Notes under the pieces: model-generated
What the model saw: only the letters and a program-made list of their open reading frames with translations
Told to the model about the DNA's origin: nothing
Database searches by the model: none
NCBI GenBank assembly: GCA_951406725.2
Contig: OX597834.1
Location: 22,940,001 to 23,004,000, forward strand
Length of the DNA: 64,000 nt
Direction of reading: 5' to 3'
Source of the DNA: Octopus vulgaris
Taxonomy: Eukaryota
Part shown: positions 52,176 through 64,000 of the stretch, one piece after another
How the letters are laid out: the number at the start of each line of letters is the position of its first letter
Numbering within the stretch: position 1 is the first letter of the stretch
Translations under genes and position numbers: made by a program

Positions 52176-53080
52176 TTGTATCACTGTATGAGGATATTAG
52201 CATCATTATCATTAACATCTGCTTTTCCAGGCGGGCATGGGTTGGATGGCGAGACAGGAACTGCAGAGCCGAGGCCATACCATGTTTCCTAGTCTACTTT
52301 GGCATGCTTTCTGCTGCTGGATGACCTAATGCCAATGACTTTGCAGAGTGTGCTATGTTCTTGTATGTGACACTATCACTTGTGTTTTGTACAAGAACCA
52401 ACACCAGTGCTTATTACATGGTACCAACACCAATACTTTGTATTCGGCACTTTGGTTGTAGGATATCGTTCCTATTGTTGTGAATGGGTCTTCTTGTAAC
52501 AGCAATGCACCACAGCAGTCTGTGAAAAACTACCTAGCTATAAATGATTGACAAAGGAAGGTACACAGAACTATCTCCAAAAGCTATATTTTACATAACC
52601 ACAACTAATATCTACATTCACATAACTTAGCACTTTGATAGTTTTAAGAAAAATATTGTTTCAGAAAAAATATATAAATTGTAGCTAATATATTTCCTGT
52701 GGGAAAGCAGGATATAATAAATTTATTGAACATTATGGGTAAATAACTGAGAAATATAGTCTCATAATTCATGGATAACATCATTGTACAGTTATTGTGT
52801 TTGAAGTACAAATTGCAAACGATAAAAGAAATTATTTCATCATACCACATTGGGCTATAAGTATGATGTCTTATATACTTTCTCTTTTATACATTCATTC
52901 GTGTATATACTCCAGCAAATTAATGAAAATAATGAGTCTTCAACAAACATTTTCTATCAAAGATAATTTTTGGTGTTTGTATAAAATCGATCTTCTCTTC
53001 ATTCATATTTGTATCTATTCTATATTCCGTGTTAAATTTTATGTATTTAACAATGGAAAGATTTGTGATTTAAACAATAA

Positions 53081-53086
53081 AATAAA
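53081..53086 (+). terminator. Putative poly(A) signal of ZF6
   Basis: AATAAAgcta followed by a U/GU-rich tract; conserved in ZF1 and ZF7. Confidence 0.5.
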
Positions 53087-53379
53087 GCTAATTAATGAAA
53101 TCTTTTTGGTTTTTACTTTGTAAAAAATGTTCATTCTATTCATCAAGGAATTTCTGTCAAAGAATTGTGTTTGGGTGGATCAAAATATATTTTTCATGCT
53201 GATTTGAAAACTCTTCATTTTCCTCATAGCATGTATTCTTTTTAAGAAACTAATAATTTTTTTAAATAGTGAACTTTTAAACTAGCTGGAAGACGCTCCA
53301 AATCCAGGATGAACCTGGATAAGCTGTGGTTGATGAGCGAACCTGGAAAGATGAGATGAACAACTTAGATACAAATAAT

Positions 53380-53532
53380 CCTTTCTACTATAGGCACAAG
53401 GCCTGAAATTTGGGGGATGGGGACTAGTCGATTACATCGACCCAGTGTTTCACTGGTACTTAATTTATTGACCCAAAAAGGATGAAAGGCAAAGTCGACC
53501 TCAGCAGAATTTGAACTCAGAACATAGCCGCC
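53380..53532 (-). mobile_element. tRNA-SINE with internal deletion and ~15-bp TSD
   Basis: Family match; flanks ttagat(ac/gt)aaataat. Confidence 0.85.
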
Positions 53533-55249
53533 TTAATTTAGATGTAAATAATGCCAACAAAGTTAGCACAACTGCAGGGGTGAGGTACAATGAGTAATTT
53601 CTAATTTTTCCTTACTTCCCCCTACTTCTTTGAATCTATTACATTGCAAGTACTGTATCCTCATTATTTGCTATTCCACCATATTTGGGTGTTAAAATTA
53701 GACAACATAATTGTTATTGTTGAAGCTGAGAGTCTGAAATATAGTCAGGTGACAGGTACTTTTATTTCAAGATGCAACTTTGACACGATTGTAATTGAGG
53801 TTGCTAATAAAATATGTGGATAATTTTTAGTGTTTTGCAATCAATATTATTTTCAGATCTAGTCTTTTTCATATGCAAAATATGCAATTTTTAAAAAGGA
53901 AATAAAAAATCTGAAAATTGGCTATAATAATGTAGCCTTCCAGTCTCATTGCTTTGAAGGTGTGATGTTGTGGAGAAAAAAATTGGGGAAAAAGTTACAG
54001 AGGTTTAAAAATAAAAAAAAACGGTATCTTTATCCAATAGCAAGACAAAAATTTTCTGCCTTTAGTAGAGCAGTGTCAACTTTAAGGTTGTATCCTGTGA
54101 AATTTATAGTTTAGTGTCTTACCTGTTCATTGTAGGTTTCTAAATAAACAGAAATACTTAATAAAATCAACATGGATCATCTCACTGTTTCTTTTGTCTC
54201 TTCATTGATTGTATGGTTTTATCACTTTTAAAACTTTGTTCTTTAATATATTTATTTGCATGTGTTTACTTAATGCATAATTCAGTGTCATGTATATACC
54301 TGTCATATATTTATGTATAATATATAAGTGCATGTGTGTGTCTGTGAAAATGGGGTGTCTGTCTTCAAAACTCCAAAATTGAATAACATTTTCATGCTTG
54401 GATTTCTAAATTACAATAAGAATAACACTGATCAACAACAAATTTGTCCCAAGGAAAAGAATACCAGTATCTTATATGTTTATGCATGCAGAAATCAACA
54501 ATAATGTCAAATTATCTGTATCACCCACAGTTACTGTGTTCCACAATATCCCTCTCGGTTCCTGTTATGTGGGCTAAATTTCAGTTAAGCTGTTGAAATG
54601 TGAAGCTAATAATGGTTTAAGAAATACCCCTAATTTAATTTCTTATGAATAGTGAAATCATAAATCCAGCTATCTGAGTCAATGAGTCCCCAAAATATAT
54701 GAAATGAAAAAATCTGTAAAAATACTAAGTGTGAAAAATATACACAGACAACAGCAAACCACAACACATTGTGCAGTTGTCATGGTAACAAGCTGCTAAT
54801 ACCACATTGTCTGTTCGTTGGCCAAAATTACCCAAATTTCCCAACTTTAATTCCAAATAACATCAGATTCTTAAATTTACGAGATAAAGTAATTGGTTGG
54901 TCGTAATAAAAATTCAGAGTTGCATTTATACACCAAAATTGAAAGCAATCTGAGCAAAATTAGGGGGCTCAATTTGCAAATGAGAAATATTAAATCCTTT
55001 TTTTTGTCTGTTGTATTCCACACTAATGTGTAATTTGATAATTTTCTGATTTCACAAGCACTAATTCCAATAATTATATCATGAAGAGAACCACTCCTGC
55101 AGTTCGTAAAGAAGCTATAGAGAATATATCATGTTGAGTCTCATTAATTTCATATCATGTGTCATTTATCCATGATCCTCTTTTATTTGACCCGGCTATT
55201 TAAAGCTTTTGGTGCATTTATGATCTTCCTGATATCTAAGGATGGATAA

Positions 55250-55470
55250 CCCTTTCGTTACTGTATTTATTTTGAGATGTTCTGTGTTTCTTTCAATTAC
55301 TTTAAATATAACAAAGAATTTAGTAAAATAACTTAGTTATCATTCAGCTAGTGTTATGAACATAAATTGTGACTGAGGTTTGGTGGAAGATTTTTAATTC
55401 AAAACTTTTGAAAACAGGACATTTGTACTCAGAACCAGAGCCGGTTTCAGCCGGGTTGGTAACGAAAGGG
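55250..55470. mobile_element. MITE with piggyBac-like CCCT...AGGG termini
   Basis: 12-bp TIR ccctttcgttac / gtaacgaaaggg; the TTAA target sites are degenerate. Confidence 0.65.
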
Positions 55471-55766
55471 TGAGTATTTTTGAAATGTAATTCTGGACAA
55501 CTGAAGATGTAAATCTATGCTATCCTGTCCTACTAATTTTGCCCCGCCTAAATTCGTCTTTTAGATATCTAAGAGAAGGGAGATAACTTTTTGAAACAGT
55601 GTTCTGAATATGCCATAGTGTTTTTAATACATTTAGAGGTCATTTGCTTAGCTGATATAGTTTTGTTAGGTAATAAACATTTGTAAAAATTTCTTTTTTT
55701 TCCCAAAGTCAACAATACAGTAAATATTACTCATTCTAACCTACTCATCCAACCCTAACTACCATT

Positions 55767-55900
55767 GGCGAGTCGGCAAAATCGTTAGCGCTGAGTTCAA
55801 ATTCCGTCGAGACCGACTTTGCCTTTCATCCTTATAGAGTCGATGTAATCGATTTACCCTTCCCACAAAATCGCTGGTTTTGTGCCAAAATTTAAAATCA
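55767..55900 (+). mobile_element. Deleted tRNA-SINE copy just upstream of the ZF7 promoter
   Basis: ggcgagtcggcaaaatcgttagcg-ctgagttcaaattccg...gcctttcatcc. Confidence 0.75.
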
Positions 55901-55944
55901 ATATTTGAGACGACACGACGTAGAAGTTTTATTACATGATTTAC

Positions 55945-55988
55945 TACGCATGCTCAAGCGGATATGGATTTTACACTGCCATTGACAA
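55945..55988 (+). promoter_or_regulatory. ZF7 promoter box (NRF1-like variant)
   Basis: tacgcatgctcaagcggatatgg...tgccattgac. Confidence 0.65.
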
Positions 55989-56273
55989 GTATATCTTGTT
56001 AAACACTTTTGAATCTTGTGAAAAGAAAATTTATTTAGCTTGAAAAATAGAATCATATTTACCTACATTCATATTTATGTGTATGTATACATGTAGCAGT
56101 AAAGACTTCGCCGTCGATCAACACACATAACAAGACTGACTTATCGGTAGTTGTGATTCATCACAATATCGATCAGGCAATTAGATCGCTGATCGTAATG
56201 CGCTTTCCACTGTTTTAGCTTTGGAATAATGCCATCCCACTGGCTAGCTGAGTAGGCTAGTGATTTATACGAG

Positions 56274-57627
56274 GTATTATTTTTCTTCATGTTGCCCTCT
56301 TTCCTTCTATCAATATTTTGTGATTTTTGTATTTAACACGTCACTTACATGCTTTTGTTGTTTCGACACTATGCAGTGTCCCACCTTGTTTATAATTAGG
56401 GGATATTTGTAATACTGTCAACATTTATGTTTTGTGTTGTTGATCGTGTTAATTATCTTCCAGTTGGAGTTTTAATAATATATTACCTGAATATTTTGAA
56501 TTATTCTCCCCCCCCCTACCGCGTATGAGTTTCTATGTCGGGAGTTGTCAACCTTTGTGCTTCTACAAACAATTTAGGACAGTGATTTCCAACATTGGGC
56601 ATGTCCCACCTGTGGGGGCTTCGGAACCAAATTTTTTCTTTTAGTGGGACATGAAATTGTGAAAATCTTCTCTTTTACACAGCAAACATATTACACAAAT
56701 ACTCAGCCTAGCCAAATCAATATATCCAGCCAAGTATTATCGTGTGAACTCTTGTATGCTATAGTATAGCGCTTTCCTCATGCGCTAGTGTGGATAATTC
56801 TTTCAGGAAAGTATATAATTATTAGAAGTTGATAAATTATCAATCTTTTTACGTATGCCACCAGTGGGGCATACATTTTCCTGGAAAGTTATAGTGGGGC
56901 GTGGTGGAAAATAGGTTGTGAAACACTAAGAGTATTAGTCATTGGACAGTGGGTCACAAACTTGGTGAAATATGACAATTTTTTTATTCAAATGCATATT
57001 TTGGATCAATGAAGGATGTTATTAATTTTGATGAGCAATGTCACTTTTCTTAAACTAATTAAGAAAATGTTTCGCTTCACGTTTTTTTCAACTGAGTATA
57101 AATAAATATGCATTTCTGTAATCATTAAATTATATTTTCTTTATAGCGGTTCAATGAACACGAAGAAAATATTATACATACATGTCGTTAATATTCATAG
57201 CGTTCCATAAGTATATTTCTCTATGGCGTTATATACTGTAGTTCGGATTTGTGTATAATGATAACACTTAAGTTATTAGTGACGTTTTAATCATTATATT
57301 CACCCTTACTGAAAAAAGCCAAATAAAATAATCTATTTCCCAATAAAAAACAATAAATAACATTACATTACTGTAACAAAACTAAATAGAGAATATACTA
57401 TAATAATATAAGCTAAGAGAAAGCTCAAGGTAGCTTAATACCGCTATAGACTGTGATATATGTGCAGATCAAGTAGGTTTTGTGTAGTGATTATGATTTA
57501 AGGTAGCAGATTAAAAAGTGAAGCTGTTGAGCTAAATAGTTATATTTGCTATTCATCACTGTTTTTTACCGCTGAATCTCTGTTTTAAGTATCACCTATA
57601 TGTCTTTTTGTTTCTCTATTATTTCAG
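56274..57627 (+). other. Predicted 5'UTR intron of ZF7
   Basis: Donor tgatttatacgag|gtatt and acceptor ctctattatttcag|. Confidence 0.7.
56580..56928. mobile_element. hAT-like MITE in the ZF7 intron
   Basis: cagtgatttccaac ... gttgtgaaacacta. The flanks are contiguous in the ZF6 intron (~48280-48310). Confidence 0.65.
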
Positions 57628-57947
57628 AAATATCAGATGACATTGGCACAAAAGAATCTTTTTTATTTATCATCTTTGAAAAAAATGAAGGAAGATGTTA
57701 TACTGAACAGATACAACCCGACGTCTATAATCTGTGGTGGAATTTCTGTGAAAAATTTTTTTGAACTGAAATTATCATCATAACAATTTTACTACATCTC
57801 TGTCTGTAATGTTAAAAAATGATTGGAATTCTACATAAACCTGGAAAAATTTACAGAGGAGTTTCATTTTATTCAGATATCAACAAAGATCACAGTTGAT
57901 GGAAGTATAGAAGTAGAAAATAGGAATTAAAAGTGGTAAGAATAATT

Positions 57948-59333
57948 ATGGAACGTGAATTACATGAGACACAAGTTGTGATTAAAAGGGAGTTATGTGA
58001 GAAACCGATTCATATAAAAACAGAGTCTGAGGACTTTGATTATCCTAAAAATATGCTGCAAGACAAAGGAGGAACATCTACACACAGTGATATGTTTGAT
58101 GTGTCAATCGATGAAAAAAGTCCCATAACTGCTCAGAGTAGTATCCATAAAGGAGACAAGGCACATCATTGTGATATCTGTGGCAAAGCACTCTCTAACA
58201 AAAATGCACTGACTATACACAAACGCATACATACTGGGGAAAAGCCATTTAACTGTGATGTTTGTGATAAATCTTTTTCTAGAAATAGTGTGTTGACTCG
58301 GCACAAACGTATTCATACAAGAGAGAAACCATATCAGTGTGATACGTGTGGTAAATCATTTAGTCAGAAAGGTCCCTTAATTCGACATAAGTGCACTCAT
58401 ACAGGTAAGAAACCATATGAGTGTGATATCTGTGGAAAATCGTTTTCTAAAAGTTGCATCTTAACTAATCATGTACGCTCTCATACAGGAGAGAAGCCAT
58501 ATCACTGTGATATCTGTGGTAAATCATTCTCTCGAAGTGGTCACTTGAATATACACAAATATATTCATACAGGAGGACAGCCATATCACTGTGACATCTG
58601 TGGTAAATCAATGTCTTCGATTAGTAAATTAACAGTACACAAACGCTTTCATACTGGGGAGAAGCCATTTCAGTGTGATGTCTGTGGTAAATCATTCTCT
58701 ATTAGTAGTCACTTAACTGCTCACAAATATATTCATACAGGAGTAAAGCCATATCCCTGTAACATCTGTGGTAAATCATTTGCTGTTAGAAGTAAGTTAA
58801 TTACTCACAAGCGTATTCATACAGGAGAAAAGCCATACCACTGTGATATCTGTGGCAAAACATTGTCTGATCCAGGTAACTTAACTAGTCACAAACGTAT
58901 TCATACAGGTGAGAAACCATATCTTTGTGACATTTGTGGTAGACCATTCTCTCACAGTGGTGATTTAACTGCTCACAAACGCATTCACACAGGTGAGAAG
59001 CCATATGACTGTGATATCTGTGGTAAATCATTTTCACGTAGAGATGCATTAACAGTGCACATTCATACTCATACAGGTGAGAAGCCGTATCACTGTGATA
59101 TCTGTGGTAAATCATTCTCTCAGCGTCGTGAGTTAACTACTCACATTCGGACTCATACAGGAGAGAAGCCATATCACTGTGAGATATGTGGTAAATCATT
59201 CTCTCAAAGTAGTGATTTAACTAGACACAAATACATTCATACAGGAAAGAAGCCATATAGTTGTAATATCTGTGGTAAAACATTCACAGTATCAAATAAG
59301 TTAACTATACACAAACGCAGTCATACAGCATAG
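57948..59333 (+). CDS. C2H2 zinc-finger protein ZF7, 461 aa, 14 fingers; truncated duplicate of ZF6
   Basis: ORF from the conserved aattATGG (the track start at 57933 is GTG). Ends at a GAG>TAG change in a linker. Confidence 0.9.
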   Translation: MERELHETQVVIKRELCEKPIHIKTESEDFDYPKNMLQDKGGTSTHSDMFDVSIDEKSPITAQSSIHKGDKAHHCDICGKALSNKNALTIHKRIHTGEKPFNCDVCDKSFSRNSVLTRHKRIHTREKPYQCDTCGKSFSQKGPLIRHKCTHTGKKPYECDICGKSFSKSCILTNHVRSHTGEKPYHCDICGKSFSRSGHLNIHKYIHTGGQPYHCDICGKSMSSISKLTVHKRFHTGEKPFQCDVCGKSFSISSHLTAHKYIHTGVKPYPCNICGKSFAVRSKLITHKRIHTGEKPYHCDICGKTLSDPGNLTSHKRIHTGEKPYLCDICGRPFSHSGDLTAHKRIHTGEKPYDCDICGKSFSRRDALTVHIHTHTGEKPYHCDICGKSFSQRRELTTHIRTHTGEKPYHCEICGKSFSQSSDLTRHKYIHTGKKPYSCNICGKTFTVSNKLTIHKRSHTA

Positions 59334-59500
59334 AATCCATATCACTGATATCTGTGGTATATCATTCATTTTAAGAAGGAGCTTAACTAAAAACAAACAT
59401 ATTCACACAGTAGGGAAGCCATTTGATTGTGGTATAAGTGGTAAGTGATTTACTCAGAAATGTCACTTATCTACACATCTGTTTAATCATACTGGAATAG
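59334..59500 (+). pseudogene. Two dead fingers (equivalents of ZF6 fingers 25-26) in the ZF7 3'UTR
   Basis: Collinear with ~52005-52175, with a 2-nt deletion (cactg--atatc), Cys/His losses and a stop. Confidence 0.85.
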
Positions 59501-60069
59501 TAACTGTGTCAGTATTTGAAGATATGGTGTGAAAAATACCTCACTGTAAATGTGTTAGTAGAGGATGATACACAGAACTGTCTTTGAAAACTATATTTTA
59601 TATAACCACAACCTATATCTATATTCATGAGATAACGTACCATTCTGGTAAGTGTAATAAAGTATTAATTCAGAAAGTGCTCATATTTATTGGACCTAAC
59701 ATATTTCCTGAGGGAAAACAGGATATAATGAATTTATTGAACATTATGGGTAAATAACTGAGAAATTTATTCTCATAATTTAGGGACAACATCACTGTAC
59801 AATTACTACGTTAGAAATACAAATTGCAAATGATAAAAGAAATTATTTCATCATACCACATAGGGCTATAAGTATGATGTCTTATACACTTTCTCTTTTA
59901 TACATTCATTCATGTATATACTCCAGCAAATTAATGAAAATAATGAGTCTTCAACAAACAGGTTCTTTCAAAGATAATGTTTGACATGTGTAGAATCGGT
60001 CTTCTCTTAATTCTTTTTTTTATTTATTCTATATTCAATAATAGAATGATTTGTGATTTAAATAATAGA

Positions 60070-60075
60070 AATAAA
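60070..60075 (+). terminator. Putative poly(A) signal of ZF7
   Basis: AATAAAgcta plus a U-rich downstream element. Confidence 0.5.
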
Positions 60076-61197
60076 GCTAATTAATGAAATCTTTTTGTTT
60101 TTTACTTTGTAAAAAATGTTCATTCTATTCATCAAGGAATTTTTCTGTCAAAGAATTGTGTTTGGGTGGATCAAAATATATTTTTCATGCTGATTTGAAA
60201 ACTGCCTTCATTTTCCCCATAGCATGTATTCCTTTTAAGAAACTAATAATTTTTTAATGCGTATAATTCAAAATTTTTATTCAATATTTACTCATACCAT
60301 TGCTATTTTAATAGTATGTGTTATGAACATAAAAATCATCTAGACATTTCCTTTTATGTGGTGCAAAGGCACAATAGTGAACTATTGCAACAGATCTTAG
60401 GAAATATTCTAGATCTGATTTTGCTATCTGAGTGACTAAGACAAATTGTGGTCACCACATTGAATCTGTTTCCTGTTCAAATAGACTATGTGACTGGTTG
60501 AAGAACTAGAAATATAATCAGTGTCTTTAGCTTAATCCATTTTATCGAGAAAATTCTAGACATAACTGATGCCTATTTCTTATAACTATGTGTGTTTGTG
60601 TCTGTTTAAACTTGTATTCAGCACGTTTATATGACATCACCCCCAACACCTAAAGCACAAACACAAAACTAGGGTGAGGCTTAGCATTGCAACTGATTCA
60701 GGTTGAACTGATAAATACTCTGAACATTTCTCATCAGCGTTTTTGTTTTTGGAAGTGGGTGTGATACTCATAGGTAAGGCATTTACCCCACATAGACAAA
60801 GGCCATCACCTCTGAATTTGTTTTGGCATTATCTGTGTATATCTTTGTTGTTTTGCTCAATTCACCAAATGAAAATTTTGGATGTTGTCATCTCTGCCCC
60901 TTACATTTCTTGGGTTTTAGTGTAACTAGGTCAGTTGGAGACCTTTTTTAATCCCGCATAAATTTCTGTTGCATATCATTTGTACCTATACATATACAAA
61001 TGTGTTGGGGCAACAGTAGTCCATAGTAAACATTTCCTATAGATCAATAGTGAAATGAAATGCAACGTTGAGGTTGACTGGTAGGATTTGAAGTTCCTCA
61101 TTAATCAATAAAATTAATTACTGCTCAGTACATTACCATCTGTGTCACACTTACAGAACTGATAATAATACCACACTAAATTATATTGTGGTATTTC

Positions 61198-61505
61198 ATC
61201 ATCATCATTTAATGTCCGTTCTCCATGCTAGCATGGGTTGGACGGTTCGACCGGGGATCTAGGAAGCCAGAAGGCTGCACTAGGCTCCAGTCTGATCTGG
61301 CAGTGTTTCTACAGCTGGATGCCCTTCCTAACGCCAACCACTCCGTGAGTGTAGTGGGTGCTATTCACATGCCACCAGCACAGGTGCCAGGCGAGGCTGG
61401 CAACGGCCACAATCGGATTGGTGCTTTTTACGTGCCACCGGCATAGAAGCCAGTCTAGGCGGCGCTGGTATCGGCCACATTCGGATGGTGCTTTTTACGT
61501 GCCGT
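61198..61505 (-). mobile_element. 3' end of an RTE family A-related retroelement
   Basis: (ATC)n tail, ccatgctagcatgggttggacg and gtgctttttacgtgcc units; reverse complement of 33430-33740. Confidence 0.8.
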
Positions 61506-62249
61506 GGTATTTGTAATTATCAATATCAGTTTCAAATCTTGGCACAAGGCCAGTAATTTTAAGGAGTGGGGATTATTTGCCTGATTATATATTTTATGAT
61601 TTAAGTTTGTATGTTTTTGAAATAACTAAGGATTCAAGTTAAATGAAGTTTCATATCATGTATGTGAGAGTATTAATAAATTTCATTTATGTTATTATTA
61701 TCTGTCTTCGTGTAACATCTTGCAAAATGGAAATTGATTCTACAAATGTTTTCACAGCACAGCATAGCAAACAAGCCTGTTCCTATTTAAGCTACAACAG
61801 CTGTTCTTTTTATACATAGGTGAAGGGTAGGAAACAATACTTATGATTCTCATTCCATAGAAAGAAAAAAGACTGATCCTCTTAAATTTTAAGTTTTAAA
61901 TGACTATAGATGGACTAACTGTTGATTACAATGTTCAGTCAAGTTGGGCTGATGAACCCTAACGAAGGCAGTATGGAACGATACGCAACTATTCTATTAA
62001 TAGGAAATAAATTGCATGAAAAAACAAGTATACTCTCTTCATTTTCCACTTCTGCCTAGAGCTGATCAACTGAAAATTAAAAAACAAAAAGCATACTCGT
62101 GATTCTCTCGAACGCTCACTCATCCATTTACTCTCTCTGCCATTATAAGGCAGCCCCCCTCACACAAACCACGTATAAATAATACTTGCATGGGACATTA
62201 TTTTATTCCTGTGGGATTGGAACTTCGAAGTACATTGATAAATGCATGC

Positions 62250-62500
62250 CACCTGACTGGTCCCGTGCTGGTGACATGTAAAAAGCACCACTGAAGTGTG
62301 GCCGGGACAGTACCGCCTGACTGGCCCTCATGCTGGTGGTACGTAAAAAGCACTCACTACACTCTCGGAGTGGTTGGCATTATGAAGGGCATCCAGCTGT
62401 AGAAACATTGTCAGATTGGATTGGAGCCCAGTGCAGCTCTCAGTCAAAACCGTCCAACCCATGCCAGCTTGGAAAGCAGACGTTAAACAACGATGATCAC
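62250..62500 (+). mobile_element. 3' end of an RTE family A retroelement
   Basis: Matches 33430-33740. Confidence 0.8.
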
Positions 62501-62524
62501 AATCAATGTCTACAAGAGAAAAAC

Positions 62525-63900
62525 GAAGTTTAAGAACAGTACTGGAGTATGCTAGCCTCCTTCCTCTCTAACCTTTGCATGTCCTCTGCATTCAGGGCCC
62601 ACATTTCACTGCCTTGTAGAATTGCTGTCTATATACATGCCTCAGACAAGCTTCCTTTCACTCAGACAGAGAAACCTTTTATTGCAAACAAAGGTAACAG
62701 CCCTCTGAATTTTCTCTATCCTATTCTTATTCTAGCTATCATGTTCTCTGTGCATCCTCCCACACTACTAATATGGTCCCCTCGGTAGTAGAAATTATCT
62801 CCTACCTCTAATGAGTCATTAGGGCATTTGAGAGAATCAATTTCCTGAGTCTCTACGCTTTTATGGATCCTGTGCATCTTCCACGTACACAAACTATCTT
62901 CTCTGATAACCTTCCTATTAATATACTGCACCTCTTGTGTCCATAGCTTACACTGGGTACACTCTACGGAGTTCCTACCTACACTTTTCCTACAAATCGA
63001 ACATGGCCTCCTAACTAAGGTGGATAGAGTCCTGTCAGTTTTCTTACTTACCAAGACCTTAGTCTTTGCTAAGTTAACCTAAAGGCCCTAAGATTAGAAG
63101 TTTTGCTTCCACACCTGGAATTTCTCATGTAGCTCTGATACAGAATCCACTATGAGGGCAGGATCATCAGTATATGGCAATCCCAAGAAGCTTTTGGTCT
63201 TGAATTCTTCTGTTATGGCCTGGAGGACAATGATGAAAAGGAGGGGACTAAGGATTAGGCCTTGATGAACCCCTACCTCTACACCAGATTCTTCACTGTA
63301 CTCGTGGTTAACTCTCACACTACTGACAGTGTCTTTGTACATGGCCTATACAACTTTCACCAGCCACTCTTCTATCCTTAGCCTCCTCAGTGACCACCAT
63401 ATCACACAGTGGGCACTCTATCGAAGGCTTTCTCTTGATCAACAAATGCGAAGTATAATGGTTTATTCTTAGCTAAGTATTTCTTTTGCCATTGCCGGAA
63501 TATAAAAATAGTGCTTCTTCCCTGGACATAGTCAAACCTCATTTCAGCTAGCCTAATTCTTCTCCTAATTACATGAGAGAGACTCCCTTTATCCCATTCA
63601 TTCTCTACACTCAACAGTCTTGCATAGAAACTTTTCTACACCTCTTTCTTGTCCACATCACTAAGTGCAAGCATACCATTATCCATCTGCACACACTTAT
63701 CTCCCACAACATCTCGATCCTCACTGACACAGTCTAACAATCAGGAACACTTCAAGTCTGATCTTGGCAAACCTATTCTTTTCAGCTTCTATCCTAGCTA
63801 GATACACTTGACGTCTAGCCTCACTTTTAGCCTTCTGACATGAATCTTTGCTGCCACCCACACTTTTCCATTCTTTCCAGATCCATCTCTTCTATTCTTT
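62525..63900 (-). mobile_element. RTE family A LINE fragment (RT region)
   Basis: LYFAFVDQEKAFDRVP, VGVHQGLILSPLLF, YTDD, and PCSICRKSVGRNSVECTQCKLWT. Confidence 0.9.
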
Positions 63901-64000
63901 ATGGCATTGTCAACAAAACATTAAACAAAAGTGTGCTCAACACAAATATATTAACAAGTGAGAAAACAAATACGAAATCACAAATAAAAACAGGCCACAA

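Noticed and set aside
6926-57947. ORF-track starts at 6926, 49764 and 57933
   Set aside because: These are TTG/GTG codons. Downstream ATGs were used: the paralogue-conserved aattATGG for ZF6 and ZF7, and the first in-frame ATG for ZF2.
2923-59115. Recurrent short ORFs of the MIYHRYHS type (2923, 16838, 19607, 26976, 37273, 51556, 58885)
   Set aside because: They are antisense shadows of the 84-bp finger repeat, not a separate protein family.

Overview
AT-rich eukaryotic DNA. The CDICGKSF-type finger style and the repeat families suggest an octopus/coleoid cephalopod genome, but this is inference. The window holds a tandem cluster of seven KRAB-less C2H2 zinc-finger genes, here ZF1 (minus strand) and ZF2-ZF7 (plus strand). 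They carry 13, 13, 38, 30, 24, 26 and 14 finger units, 158 in total by hand count. Each gene appears to be a copy of one cassette: an NRF1-like GCGCATGY promoter box, a short non-coding exon 1, one intron, and an exon 2 holding the entire ORF. The intergenic and intronic DNA is packed with decayed RTE and CR1/Jockey-like LINEs, tRNA-derived SINEs, MITEs and inverted repeats. The most notable candidate novelty is a copy-number-variable 11-aa N-terminal repeat that builds arrays of psi-K-x-E SUMO consensus sites where KRAB/ZAD would normally sit. Other highlights are multi-finger block shuffling between paralogues, a ~150-bp near-perfect hairpin, a PHD finger embedded in a LINE reverse transcriptase, a twin-priming-like LINE inversion, and an orphan promoter with minus-strand exons. 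Repeat boundaries are approximate and read by eye; splice sites and promoters are predictions.
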